A stretch of 64,000 bases of DNA from an uncultured bacterium. GTDB taxonomy: Bacteria; Bacteroidota; Ignavibacteria; OLB7. The position numbers and the translations under genes are program-made. The DNA is taken from contig CBHYLN010000002.1 of the NCBI GenBank assembly GCA_966128725.1, positions 23,711-87,710 of the forward strand. Reading direction: 5' to 3'. Within the stretch, counting starts at the first letter, position 1; each line of letters opens with the position of its first letter. Of the stretch, positions 30,161 through 39,589 are shown in pieces. The notes beneath the pieces are model-generated. The model had not been told where the DNA came from. It ran no database searches and was given only the letters and a program-made list of their open reading frames with translations.

Positions 30161-31537
30161 ATGTTGGCATACAAACGCTCATCATGGCGCTTCCGATTGT
30201 GCGCAGCGCTGGCATTGTGTCTCGCGCTGCTGGCCGTGCCGGCGTTGCGGGCGCAACCGCGGGCCGATACGCTTTGGCTTGGCCGGGACGATCTGCTGAA
30301 GATGCTGCGCGAGCGCGACCCGTTGTTTGCGCGCGGGCATGCTCTGCGCACACAGGCCGACGCCGAGCGAGCCCGATACGGAAGCTGGTTTCCGGGATAT
30401 CCGCAACTGGATTTCGAGCGCGTAACCGACGCCCCGTTTCATAACAACGGCGACGGGGGCTGGAGCCTTGGCCTGAATCAGGAGTTCGACATCTCGGGAC
30501 GCTTTGGCGCCCGTATGGCGGCCGCGCACGCAGCCGGGGGCGAACTGAGTGCCGACGCCGATCTTGCCGACGCGGATGCAGCCACGCGGGGGCAGGCACT
30601 GTTCGCGCGTTTGATTGTGGCCAACGAACGCATGCGTCTTACCGGGCTGTTGGCCGCAGCTGCCATGCGCCTGGATTCGCTTGCGGCGCGGTTGCTGGCT
30701 GCCGGTGAAATCTCCGAACTGGATCGCAATCTGGTGCGCATCCAGCGCGTTCAGGCCACGATCGAGGCCGAGCAGGCCACGGGGCGCATGGCGGCCGAAC
30801 AGGCCGATCTGCGACTGGCGTTCGGTATCGGCCGCGACACGGTGGTTGCGCCGAAACCGGGCTACGAGGATGTCGCGACCGCGTTGCTTGATTCGGCGGC
30901 CGCGTTCGAGGCAGGTGTTGCGCGCGGTGATGCTGATGTGCTTGCGCGCCGGCCCGAGTGGCGTGCGCTGCAGGCTCGTGCCCAGCGTTTGCGTGCCGAG
31001 CGCGATATCGCGGCTCGAAGCTGGGTGCCGAATGTCCGGCTTGGCCTGGCGCTGCACTCCGAAAGTATGGTGCTGCGTGGTGAGGATATCACCGGCAGCG
31101 AAGTTGTGCGCTCGGGATTTACGCGGCTGGCCTCAACCGACATGTTGCTCGGTGTGAACGTTGGCCTGGCGGTACCGCTGCCGATTAACGGGCTGTATCC
31201 TTCGGCTGGTCAGGAAGTGGCCGTTGCCGAGGGCGAACTGGCGCTGGTGGATGCCGACCGTGCCGTGTTGGTTGGGGGCATCCGGCGCGAGCTTGCACAT
31301 GCAACCGAACGCTTGCGCGCGGCCGCGCGTGGCCTGCGAGCGTATCAACAGGAGATAGTGCCGATTGTGGCGCGTAATCTGGAGCTGGCCGAGCGCGGGT
31401 ACGCGGCGGGTGAACTGAGCGCCTCGCAAGTGGTGCAACTGCAGGATCAATTGATGCGCACCGGCACGATGGCCATCGAACTGCGAATGGAACTGGAGCA
31501 GGCGGTCGCCGATGTGAATCGTGTAATGGGCAGATAG
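30161..31537 (+). CDS. czcC: TolC-family outer-membrane efflux protein (CzcC-like) of a heavy-metal RND system
   Basis: 458 aa. Signal peptide, two-repeat OEP architecture, followed by MFP and RND genes. Confidence 0.8.
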   Translation: MLAYKRSSWRFRLCAALALCLALLAVPALRAQPRADTLWLGRDDLLKMLRERDPLFARGHALRTQADAERARYGSWFPGYPQLDFERVTDAPFHNNGDGGWSLGLNQEFDISGRFGARMAAAHAAGGELSADADLADADAATRGQALFARLIVANERMRLTGLLAAAAMRLDSLAARLLAAGEISELDRNLVRIQRVQATIEAEQATGRMAAEQADLRLAFGIGRDTVVAPKPGYEDVATALLDSAAAFEAGVARGDADVLARRPEWRALQARAQRLRAERDIAARSWVPNVRLGLALHSESMVLRGEDITGSEVVRSGFTRLASTDMLLGVNVGLAVPLPINGLYPSAGQEVAVAEGELALVDADRAVLVGGIRRELAHATERLRAAARGLRAYQQEIVPIVARNLELAERGYAAGELSASQVVQLQDQLMRTGTMAIELRMELEQAVADVNRVMGR

Positions 31538-31555
31538 CGCAGAACTATACCGACT

Positions 31556-32254
31556 ATGGAACGAGAGATGATAGATCAACGGATCGATCCCAACCGGTCG
31601 CGGGGGCAGGCGCCTGTTATGGTGCCGTGGCTGTGCGCGCTGGTGTTGGTGGGGCTTGTGGCGAGCGTTCGTGATGTGTGGGCGCATGGCGGCGAGGATC
31701 ACGATCATCCCGCCGTTGCGGCTCCGTCGGCGGTTTCGGCGGGCACGCTCACCACGTTTGGCGTTTCGCCACGATACGAGCTGTTGATGAAGTACGAGGC
31801 GACCGAGGCCGATCACCCGGTAACGGTGCGACTGTTCCTCTGCGACTTCGCAACAAACCGTCCGGTGGAAGGCGCGTTATTCGTGTTTGCATCCAAGCCG
31901 GCGGGCGCGCGTTCGATCGAGGCCCCGCGCATGACGTCGCCGGGCGTATATCAGGCCACGATGACGTTTCCCAACGACACTGTCTACAGCCTGACCGCCA
32001 CGTTCTCGGTGGGCGATCAAAGCGAGACGATCGCGTTGCCGGCTGTGTACGCCGGCGAGGCGGCCGAGCACATTCTTGGCCAGCATACGGAATCCTCAGC
32101 CAACGGAGCCGGGCTGGGCGGCCTGTGGTGGCCAATCGCAATCGGCGCGGGTGCGCTTGTAGCCGTGGCGGTCTGGCTGGCGCGCCGCGCGCGAAAGCCG
32201 AGCGGCGGCAACAACGGACCAACGTTCAACAATCAACAGGGGAGCGGAGTATGA
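31556..32254 (+). CDS. Hypothetical membrane protein with an AHGGEDHDH His-rich motif, inserted between czcC and czcB
   Basis: N-terminal TM (WLCALVLVGLVASV) followed by AHGGEDHDHP, and a C-terminal TM (WWPIAIGAGALVAVAVWLARRARK). Its stop overlaps the czcB start (ATGA). Confidence 0.5.
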   Translation: MEREMIDQRIDPNRSRGQAPVMVPWLCALVLVGLVASVRDVWAHGGEDHDHPAVAAPSAVSAGTLTTFGVSPRYELLMKYEATEADHPVTVRLFLCDFATNRPVEGALFVFASKPAGARSIEAPRMTSPGVYQATMTFPNDTVYSLTATFSVGDQSETIALPAVYAGEAAEHILGQHTESSANGAGLGGLWWPIAIGAGALVAVAVWLARRARKPSGGNNGPTFNNQQGSGV

Positions 32255-33411
32255 ACATGCGTACATCACGATCGCGTCGTCCGCGTTGGGGGCGTACGCT
32301 GCTTGCCGGTGCGGTTGCCCTGTGCGTTGTGCTGGGCCGTTTGCTGGCGCATGGCGGCGAGGACCATGGAGACGCCGAACATGGTGCCGCCACGGCCAAC
32401 GGGCCGATGGCTACCACGATAAGCGTGGTCAAGGAGCAGCAGTTCGCGATTGGATTGCTCACCGAGCCGGCTGCCCGGCACCCGATGGGCGTTGGCATTA
32501 CCGCAACAGGGCGTGTTGTGCCGCGCACCGATGCGGTAGCCGATGTGATTCCCCCGATTGCCGGGCGTGTGGTGGGCGGTCGCCTGCCGCGCCTGGGGGA
32601 GCGTGTGCGGCGCGGAGAGGTTCTGTTCCGTGTACAGCAGGTGCTTGCACCAACCGAGCGCACGGCGCTGCGCCTGGAGCAGGTGAAAGCCAAGGCGGAA
32701 GTTGATGCGGCCCAGCGCGAGGTGGATCGATTGGTGCGTCTGGAGGGCGTTGTCGCGGCCAAGCAGTTGCTGGATGCCCGTGCCCGGCTGGCCTCGGCAC
32801 GCGAAGCAGCAACCGCCATCGCCGCCCAACTTCAGGGCGCGGGCACGGCGGTTGCCGTTGTTGCGCCAATCAGCGGAACCATCACCGCCGCCGACATCGC
32901 CGACGGTGAAATCCTTGATGCTTCGCGCCGGGCGTACAGCATCGCCAATCTCGACCACGTGTGGGTTGAAGCCGATGTGTTTGAAGCCGACCTTCCGAAA
33001 GTGCAGGGCGTGCGGGCCGTTGAGGTAACAACCCCCGCATATCCGGGCCGGACGTTCGCTGGCACGCTGTATCGCCTGGGCAGCGTTGTGGACCCCTCCA
33101 GCCGGGCGATCACCGTGCTGCTGGATGTCCGAAATCCCGACGAGCTGTTGAAGCTGAACATGAGCACGAGCGTTGTGCTGGCCGCTGGTGCGGCGCAGGA
33201 GGAGATCGCCATCCCGCAGAGCGCTCTGGTTCGGAGCGGCGCGCGTACCGTGGTGTTTGTGCATACGGCGCCCGAGGAGTTCCAGGTGCGCGACGTGCGA
33301 ACCACCGGCGCGGCTGCGGGCGGATACGTTGCGGCAAGCGGCATCGGCCTGGGCGAACGTGTTGTTGTCAGCGGCGCCCATCAGTTGAAGGCCGTCGCGG
33401 GCCTGCAATAG
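32251..33411 (+). CDS. czcB: Efflux RND periplasmic adaptor (membrane fusion protein, CzcB/CusB-like)
   Basis: ATG at 32251 (RBS GGAG). HlyD-like barrel-sandwich/beta-barrel blocks. The N-terminus (TM plus AHGGEDHGDAEHG) echoes the preceding ORF. Confidence 0.85.
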   Translation: MNMRTSRSRRPRWGRTLLAGAVALCVVLGRLLAHGGEDHGDAEHGAATANGPMATTISVVKEQQFAIGLLTEPAARHPMGVGITATGRVVPRTDAVADVIPPIAGRVVGGRLPRLGERVRRGEVLFRVQQVLAPTERTALRLEQVKAKAEVDAAQREVDRLVRLEGVVAAKQLLDARARLASAREAATAIAAQLQGAGTAVAVVAPISGTITAADIADGEILDASRRAYSIANLDHVWVEADVFEADLPKVQGVRAVEVTTPAYPGRTFAGTLYRLGSVVDPSSRAITVLLDVRNPDELLKLNMSTSVVLAAGAAQEEIAIPQSALVRSGARTVVFVHTAPEEFQVRDVRTTGAAAGGYVAASGIGLGERVVVSGAHQLKAVAGLQ

Positions 33412-33463
33412 GCGTTATCCATCCGATTTGATGATTGCTCCGATATAATGATCCGAGGAACTC

Positions 33464-36400
33464 GTGCTTAACTCGCTGATACTGTTCTCGCTTCGGAACC
33501 GTCCGCTTGTGCTGGCCGCGGCCGCGCTGTTGCTTGCCTACGGGGTGGTGGTGCTTACACGGCTTCCTGTGGATGTGCTGCCCGATCTGAACCGGCCAAC
33601 GGTTACCGTGATGACCGAAGCCCACGGCATGGCGCCCGAGGATGTGGAACTGTTGGTGTCGCGGCCCATCGAGTCCTCGATGAACGGAGCGTCGGGCGTG
33701 GAGCGGGTGCGGTCGGTATCGTCGATGGGGCTGTCCATCGTGTTTGTGGAGTTCGATTGGGGAAGTGATCTGTACCGCGATCGCCAGCTTGTGGCCGAGC
33801 GTCTGAGCGCTGTCCGCTCCAGCCTTCCCGCCGAGATCGTTCCGCAGCTTGGCCCGATTACTTCCGTGATGGGGCAGATCATGCTGGTGGGCCTCTCCGC
33901 CGACACCACCAGCCCGATGGCATTGCGGACGTTGGCCGATTTCACGGTGCGGCGCCGGCTGCTTACGATTCCGGGCGTGGCCCAGGTGACAACGATCGGC
34001 GGCGAGGTGAAGCAATTCCAAGTGGTTGCCAAGCCGTCGCAGTTGAAGGCGTTTGGTGTTTCGCTGGACGAACTGGAACAGGCCACGGCCCGTGCAAGCG
34101 CTGCCACCACCGGCGGTTACGTGGAGATCGGCGCGCAGGAGTATCCGATACGGAACCTGGCCCGCGCGGCTAACGCGGCCGACGTGGCGGCAACAGCGAT
34201 CCGCGTTTCCAACGGCGTTCCGGTAACCATCGGTCAGGTTGCCGATGTGCGCGAGGCTGCCGCACCCAAGCGCGGCGATGCCTCGGTAAACGCGCGCCCG
34301 GCTGTCATCCTAGCGGTGGAGAAGCAGCCCGACGCAAGCACGCTGGAGTTGTCGAAGCTGGTGGATTCGGCCTTGGCGGAGCTGAAGCCCAGTCTGCCGC
34401 GCGACGCACGAATCGACGCGCACGTGTTCCGGCAGGCGGATTTTATCGACAACGCAATCGGCAACGTGGAGGAAGCCCTTCGCGATGGTGCGATACTGGT
34501 TACGATTGTTCTGTTGCTGTTCCTGCTGAATGTGCGTACAACGGCGATCACGCTGACGGCAATACCACTTTCGATGGTGATCACCGCGCTGGTGTTCTGG
34601 CTGTTCGGCATCTCGATCAACACGATGACCCTTGGTGGGCTTGCTGTTGCCATCGGCGAGGTTGTGGACGATGCGATCGTTGATGTGGAGAATGTGTTCC
34701 GGCGACTTCGCGAGAACCGCGAAGCCGAACGCCCGCTGCCGGCGTTGACGGTTGTGTACCTGGCGTCGAGCGAGGTGCGGAATTCCATTGTGATCGCCAC
34801 GGTTCTGGTGGTGCTTGTGTTTGTACCGTTGTTCGCGTTGCAGGGGATGGAGGGGCGGATCTTCGCTCCGCTGGGCATTTCCTATGTGACGTCGATCGTG
34901 GCGTCGCTGCTGGTTTCGCTGACGGTTACGCCGGCGCTGGCGTCGTACCTGCTGCCGCGCTCGCGCGCGCTTGGCCGTGCCGAACGCGACAGTCCGCTTG
35001 TGCGCTGGTTGAAACAAATCGATCGCCAATTGCTGGAGCGCGTTCTTGCACGCCCCGTGCTGGTGATGGCTTCGGCGGCGCTCCTGTTCGCCGGAGCGGT
35101 TGCGATAATCCCGATGCTTGGCACCGAATTCCTCCCGCCCTTCAACGAGGGGTCGCTTACAATCAGCGTGGTGCAGCCGGCGGGCACATCGCTAAGCGAA
35201 TCCAACCGTATCGGCACGATGGTGGAGCGTCTGCTTGCCTCGGTGCCCGAGGTTGTTTCCGTTGCGCGCCGAACCGGCCGCGCCGAGTTGGATGAACATG
35301 CCGAGGGTGTGAACTCCAGCGACGTGGAGGTGCGCCTGCGGCCGGGCGATCGCGAGCAGGCGGCCGTGCTGGCCGATGTGCGCGCGCGTCTGGCGCTGGT
35401 GCCCGGCGTGGTGATCAACATCGGCCAACCGATCTCGCACCGGCTGGATCATCTCCTCTCCGGCGTGCGCGCGCAGATCGCCGTGAAGATTTTTGGCGAC
35501 GATCTTGGTGTGCTGCGGGCAAAGGCGGAGGACGTTCGCCGCGCGATGGCGCTGGTGCCCGGCGTGGTGGATCTTTCGGTGGAGCCGCAGGTGCTTCTGC
35601 CGCAAATCCCCATCGCCATCGATCGTGTTGCAGCCGCGCGATATGGAATGGCGCCCGGGGAGGTTGCCGAGCAACTGGAAACGGCACTCAGCGGCAGGCA
35701 GGTTGGTGCTGTTCTGGATGGGCAGCGAAGTTTTGCGCTGGTTGTTCGGTCGGATTCGGCGGCACGGCTTTCGCTGGACCAGATAAGCGCGTTGACCGTG
35801 GCAACCCCAACCGGGGCTCATGTGCCGGTACGTGAGCTGGCCCTGGTGGAATGGGGCAGCGGCCCAAACCAGATCCTGCACGAAAACGGGCAGCGCCGCA
35901 TCGTGGTGCAAGCCAATGTGGCCGGCCAGTCGTTGGGTGAAGTCATCTCGGGCATCAAGAGCTCCGTTGCCTCGCGTGTTGCGTTGCCCGAGGGGTACTT
36001 CATTACCTACGGTGGGCAGTTCGAGTCACAACAATCGGCGACACGCCTGTTGATGCTGCTGGCGGTGATGGCGGTGGTTGGGATGTTCGCCGTGTTGTAC
36101 GCGCATTTCCGGAGTGCGCGAATCGTGCTGCAGATTCTGCTGAACATACCTCTGGCGTTGGTTGGGGCGGTGGTGGCGATCACGCTTACCGATGCAACGA
36201 TATCGGTGGCAACCATTGTGGGCTTCATTACGCTTACGGGCATCGCGTCGCGCAATGGGATCATGATGATCTCGCACTATCTGCACCTGATGCGCGAGGA
36301 AGGCGAGGGGTTCACTCGCGAGATGATCGTCCGCGGTTCGCTGGAACGGCTGGTACCGGTGCTGATGACCGCACTGACCGCCGGGCTTGCCCTGATTCCG

Positions 36401-36646
36401 CTGGGATTGGCGCACGGTGCTCCGGGCAAGGAGATTCTGCATCCGGTTGCGATTGTGATCCTCGGTGGGCTGGTTTCCTCAACCCTGCTGGATATTTTCC
36501 TTACACCGGCCGTCTTCTGGCGCTTCGGGCGCACGGCCGCGCAGCAGTACTTCGAGCGCCGTGCCGCCAGCACGGTTACCGCTGTTGCCCCAACTGCAAA
36601 CGACGAACATCCCAATACCAATACATCTATCAGGAGTGAATCATGA
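33464..36646 (+). CDS. czcA: Heavy-metal efflux RND transporter, CzcA/CusA family
   Basis: 1060 aa, 12-TM RND architecture, N-terminus MLNSLILFSLRNRPLVLAAAALLLAYG typical of the HME-RND family. Confidence 0.95.
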   Translation: MLNSLILFSLRNRPLVLAAAALLLAYGVVVLTRLPVDVLPDLNRPTVTVMTEAHGMAPEDVELLVSRPIESSMNGASGVERVRSVSSMGLSIVFVEFDWGSDLYRDRQLVAERLSAVRSSLPAEIVPQLGPITSVMGQIMLVGLSADTTSPMALRTLADFTVRRRLLTIPGVAQVTTIGGEVKQFQVVAKPSQLKAFGVSLDELEQATARASAATTGGYVEIGAQEYPIRNLARAANAADVAATAIRVSNGVPVTIGQVADVREAAAPKRGDASVNARPAVILAVEKQPDASTLELSKLVDSALAELKPSLPRDARIDAHVFRQADFIDNAIGNVEEALRDGAILVTIVLLLFLLNVRTTAITLTAIPLSMVITALVFWLFGISINTMTLGGLAVAIGEVVDDAIVDVENVFRRLRENREAERPLPALTVVYLASSEVRNSIVIATVLVVLVFVPLFALQGMEGRIFAPLGISYVTSIVASLLVSLTVTPALASYLLPRSRALGRAERDSPLVRWLKQIDRQLLERVLARPVLVMASAALLFAGAVAIIPMLGTEFLPPFNEGSLTISVVQPAGTSLSESNRIGTMVERLLASVPEVVSVARRTGRAELDEHAEGVNSSDVEVRLRPGDREQAAVLADVRARLALVPGVVINIGQPISHRLDHLLSGVRAQIAVKIFGDDLGVLRAKAEDVRRAMALVPGVVDLSVEPQVLLPQIPIAIDRVAAARYGMAPGEVAEQLETALSGRQVGAVLDGQRSFALVVRSDSAARLSLDQISALTVATPTGAHVPVRELALVEWGSGPNQILHENGQRRIVVQANVAGQSLGEVISGIKSSVASRVALPEGYFITYGGQFESQQSATRLLMLLAVMAVVGMFAVLYAHFRSARIVLQILLNIPLALVGAVVAITLTDATISVATIVGFITLTGIASRNGIMMISHYLHLMREEGEGFTREMIVRGSLERLVPVLMTALTAGLALIPLGLAHGAPGKEILHPVAIVILGGLVSSTLLDIFLTPAVFWRFGRTAAQQYFERRAASTVTAVAPTANDEHPNTNTSIRSES

Positions 36647-36849
36647 ATCACGAAACAATTGTGATTGAGGGCATGAGCTGTGGTGGCTGTGTCAACAGTG
36701 TACGCAAGGCGCTGGAGCGCCTTGAGGTTAACGTGGTGGAGGTTACCATCGGAACGGCGACGGTTGAATACGATCCCGCCGCAACTTCACGCGAAACCCT
36801 GGTGGAAGCCATTGTAGATGCGGGCTTCGATGTGCCCGCGGTTGAATGA
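36643..36849 (+). CDS. copZ: Copper chaperone, CopZ-like (single HMA domain)
   Basis: 68 aa with IEGMSCGGCVNSV (MxCxxC). Overlaps the czcA stop (ATGA coupling). Confidence 0.85.
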   Translation: MNHETIVIEGMSCGGCVNSVRKALERLEVNVVEVTIGTATVEYDPAATSRETLVEAIVDAGFDVPAVE

Positions 36850-38021
36850 TGTGTACCAAAATGAACGAACAACAGAAGCGGGAGACAGGAATGATGATTG
36901 CATCCAGAAAGTGGTTCGGGTATGACGGGCGTACCTGCTGGCGCTGGTGCTGCACGGCCATGTGCCTGGCGATGACGGTCTTTACGGTAGTTGGTTGCGG
37001 CGGTGGTGATGCTCCGAAGTCGGGATCGGCCGACTCGGCGACCGCCACGCCCGCCGCCGATGGTGACCACCATCATGCCAACGCAGCGGAGGAAGCCGCC
37101 GTGCATACACATTCCACGGATATGACGGTGACCTCCGAGCCAGCCACAATCGCGCCGGGCGTGCCGACCACGATGACAATCAATATCGTGGAGAAGAATG
37201 GCGGTGCTCCCGTACAGGCGTTTGATACGGTGCACGAGAAGTTGCTGCATATGATTGTGGTGTCGGCGGACATGACATGGTTCAACCATGTGCATCCGGT
37301 GTATGCCGGCAATGGCCGATTCAGCATCCAGATTGCGCTGCCGAAGGCTGGCGAGTACTACATGTACGCGGATTACACACCGGCTGGCAAGGAGCACGAA
37401 ATCGCACAGCACAACTTTACGGTTACCGGAAGCGCTGGCTCCGCACCCAAGGAGGCCGTGGTGGATTCGCTTGGCGGACAGCCGTGGATAGTGAAGAGTG
37501 TTGGCTCGGCCCCGGAAGGGCACCCCGAACAGGCCACCGCCGCAACGTATCAGGTTGCGTTGATGCCCATGCCCGGCCACCTCGTGGCAGGCCAGGATGC
37601 CATGCTGCATTTTCAGGTGCGTGATGCGGCGGGCAAGCCGCTTGGTGATCTTGAACCGTACCTTGGCGCAATGGGCCATGCGGTGATTCTCTCGACCGAC
37701 GGCAAGGTGTATCTGCATACACATCCGATGGAGGACGGGATGGATCACGGTACCATGAAACATGGCGGTGGCGAACACGGGGCAATGAGCAAGGCTCCTC
37801 CCGTTGGCGGCGCCAATGCGGGGACAATGGGCCGGGGCTTCGCGGCCGGGGCCGAGCAGGACAATGCCCCAGCGGCAAAGAAACCTGCCGCCAAAGGCGC
37901 GGATGTTGTCTTCCACACGAATTTCCCACTGCCAGGGCGTTATCGTGTGTGGGGCCAGTTCCAACACCGCGGCAAGATTATTACCGTGACGTATCTGTTG
38001 GAAGTTGCGCCGGCGGCATAA
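36846..38021 (+). CDS. His/Met-rich periplasmic lipoprotein (putative Cu/Ag-binding), hypothetical
   Basis: Lipobox VVGCGG. Motifs HTHPMEDGMDHGTMKHGGGEHGAMS, WFNHVHPVY and GDHHHANAAEEAAVHTH. Translationally coupled to copZ (ATGA). The start is 36846 or Met16 (36891). Confidence 0.65.
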   Translation: MMCTKMNEQQKRETGMMIASRKWFGYDGRTCWRWCCTAMCLAMTVFTVVGCGGGDAPKSGSADSATATPAADGDHHHANAAEEAAVHTHSTDMTVTSEPATIAPGVPTTMTINIVEKNGGAPVQAFDTVHEKLLHMIVVSADMTWFNHVHPVYAGNGRFSIQIALPKAGEYYMYADYTPAGKEHEIAQHNFTVTGSAGSAPKEAVVDSLGGQPWIVKSVGSAPEGHPEQATAATYQVALMPMPGHLVAGQDAMLHFQVRDAAGKPLGDLEPYLGAMGHAVILSTDGKVYLHTHPMEDGMDHGTMKHGGGEHGAMSKAPPVGGANAGTMGRGFAAGAEQDNAPAAKKPAAKGADVVFHTNFPLPGRYRVWGQFQHRGKIITVTYLLEVAPAA

Positions 38022-38064
38022 CAGGCCACGGGCAGCTTCGGGTTTACGGGCGACAGTACAATGC

Positions 38065-38112
38065 GGGCATGGTGGTAAGCCTTCGGGTTTGCCGCCGTGC
38101 CCGTTTTTTGTT
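38065..38112 (+). terminator. Rho-independent terminator closing the czc-copZ-lipoprotein operon
   Basis: GGGCAUGGUGGUAAG-CCUUCGG-GUUUGCCGCCGUGCCC stem (G·U wobbles) followed by GUUUUUUGUUG. Confidence 0.7.
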
Positions 38113-38320
38113 GTGGGGTAAGGCCTGTCTGGGCATTGGGCGAGTGGCGAATAGTATATCGAGATGCGATTCCGGGCCAAAATCGTTGGTGGGCCGGGCG
38201 TGAAAACGTCGCGAATAGTTGTATATTTAAGTACAAATTATGAGTTCAATTGTATAAGATCGGGTCGTTGCCACTGCGGCTTCGCAACCACCCAGTCAGC
38301 GCCCAGACCCCGGTGCTCGA

Positions 38321-38590
38321 TTGAATCTCCACAAGTCAACCGGATTCATTCAATTCATTTCCGATACCGGTATGAAGGTGGTCATTGCTATCTACGACCG
38401 ATTGGGTCGCCGTGTGAAAACGCTCGCCGAAGGCGAACGCAAACCCGGCAAACACCACATGGAGTGGGACGGCACCGCCGACGACGGCCGCCGAGTTCTG
38501 CCAGGAAGTTATTTCTTTCGAGTCGACATCCTTGGTGTTGGCCCCATCGCACATTTCAAGATCGAACTCGAGCCCGAACATGCACCCTAA
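38321..38590 (+). pseudogene. Orphan T9SS C-terminal sorting domain (CTD-only ORF), probably the remnant of a larger secreted protein
   Basis: 89 aa (TTG start in the track; internal ATG gives MKVVIAIYDRLGRRVKTLAEGERKPGKHHMEWDGTADDGRRVLPGSYFFRV...). It matches only the CTD consensus. The in-frame upstream sequence hits a stop within 63 nt inside an AT-rich block. Confidence 0.5.
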
Positions 38591-38698
38591 CCATGATCAT
38601 ACACGCCCGCCGCCGCGCAACCGGCGGCGGGCGCCGTTACCAGTCTGTTGGATTACATTCGCGTCAGCAGGCTGTTGCTCAACAGCCCGATACAGGCT

Positions 38699-39346
38699 TC
38701 ACCGTACCTGCGCCCTGATATACCAGTAAGCTTCGATCACGCTCGCGAACTGCGCGCCGGGGTATTCCACGCGACCATAGTTGCCGACGTTCTCCGGCGA
38801 GGGCCATGGGTCGCGTACCACAACCGAGGCAATTACCGGCCCGGACCGTGTTTGCAGGAAGCTTGCGGCGGTAATCACCACTGCGTGACCACTGCCCGGC
38901 CCGGAGCGATATCCTGCAAGAACAGGATGCCCCTGGCTGAGCTCACGCAACAATACTGATGGCGTTGGCGCACCCCAGTTCATCGAGGATGCCACAACGT
39001 ACGGGTTGCCGGCATTGTCCACATTCCAGTTGTTCAGATTGGCGGTGATCGCCGGGAAGCTCCCGGCCCAGTTCGGCAGGCGGCCATATGGATCCGAGCC
39101 ATAGGTGCGCGCCACGATCTGCTCCTGAGATATGTCGACGCCATAGTAGTTCAGCACCATCTGGATGGATGCCGCCCAGCACCAGTTGGAGTTGCGCTGC
39201 GAGGCGGCGTAGAAGTTCATTTTCGACGACTGGATACCAACGTACTGTGCCTGGGGCTGGTACGAGTAGTACTGTGCCTGCGCCGCCGGCGAAGCAATGC
39301 CGGCCAGTGCAAGGAGAATCCAGATCAGATATCGCTTCGGGCTCAT
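38699..39346 (-). CDS. Secreted papain-like cysteine peptidase, C39-like domain
   Basis: ATG at 39346 gives MSPKRYLIWILLALAGIASPAAQAQ (signal peptide). NWCWAASIQMVLNYYG (catalytic Cys) and GHAVVI (His). Confidence 0.6.
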   Translation of the reverse strand: MSPKRYLIWILLALAGIASPAAQAQYYSYQPQAQYVGIQSSKMNFYAASQRNSNWCWAASIQMVLNYYGVDISQEQIVARTYGSDPYGRLPNWAGSFPAITANLNNWNVDNAGNPYVVASSMNWGAPTPSVLLRELSQGHPVLAGYRSGPGSGHAVVITAASFLQTRSGPVIASVVVRDPWPSPENVGNYGRVEYPGAQFASVIEAYWYIRAQVR

Positions 39347-39589
39347 CACGTTCGTTCGGGAATTATGTGCGGGCGCATCCAAGGCCGATGCATGCGGTCG
39401 TGGCGTCGGGCTGCCACGGGGCCTGCCGGAATGACGCAACGCCATTGTCTGCGTGACAATTACGACGGTGCCGTTACCCTACCCCCCGGGCATCGCAGGC
39501 AACTTTGGTAATTGGCGCCATCAAACGCAAGGCATCGTATGGTATGACGTGATATCGATTGCCCGGTTCCCGAACGACGGTGGTTGGCC

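Noticed and set aside
36648-38180. 510-aa minus-strand ORF
   Set aside because: Antisense to copZ and the His/Met lipoprotein.
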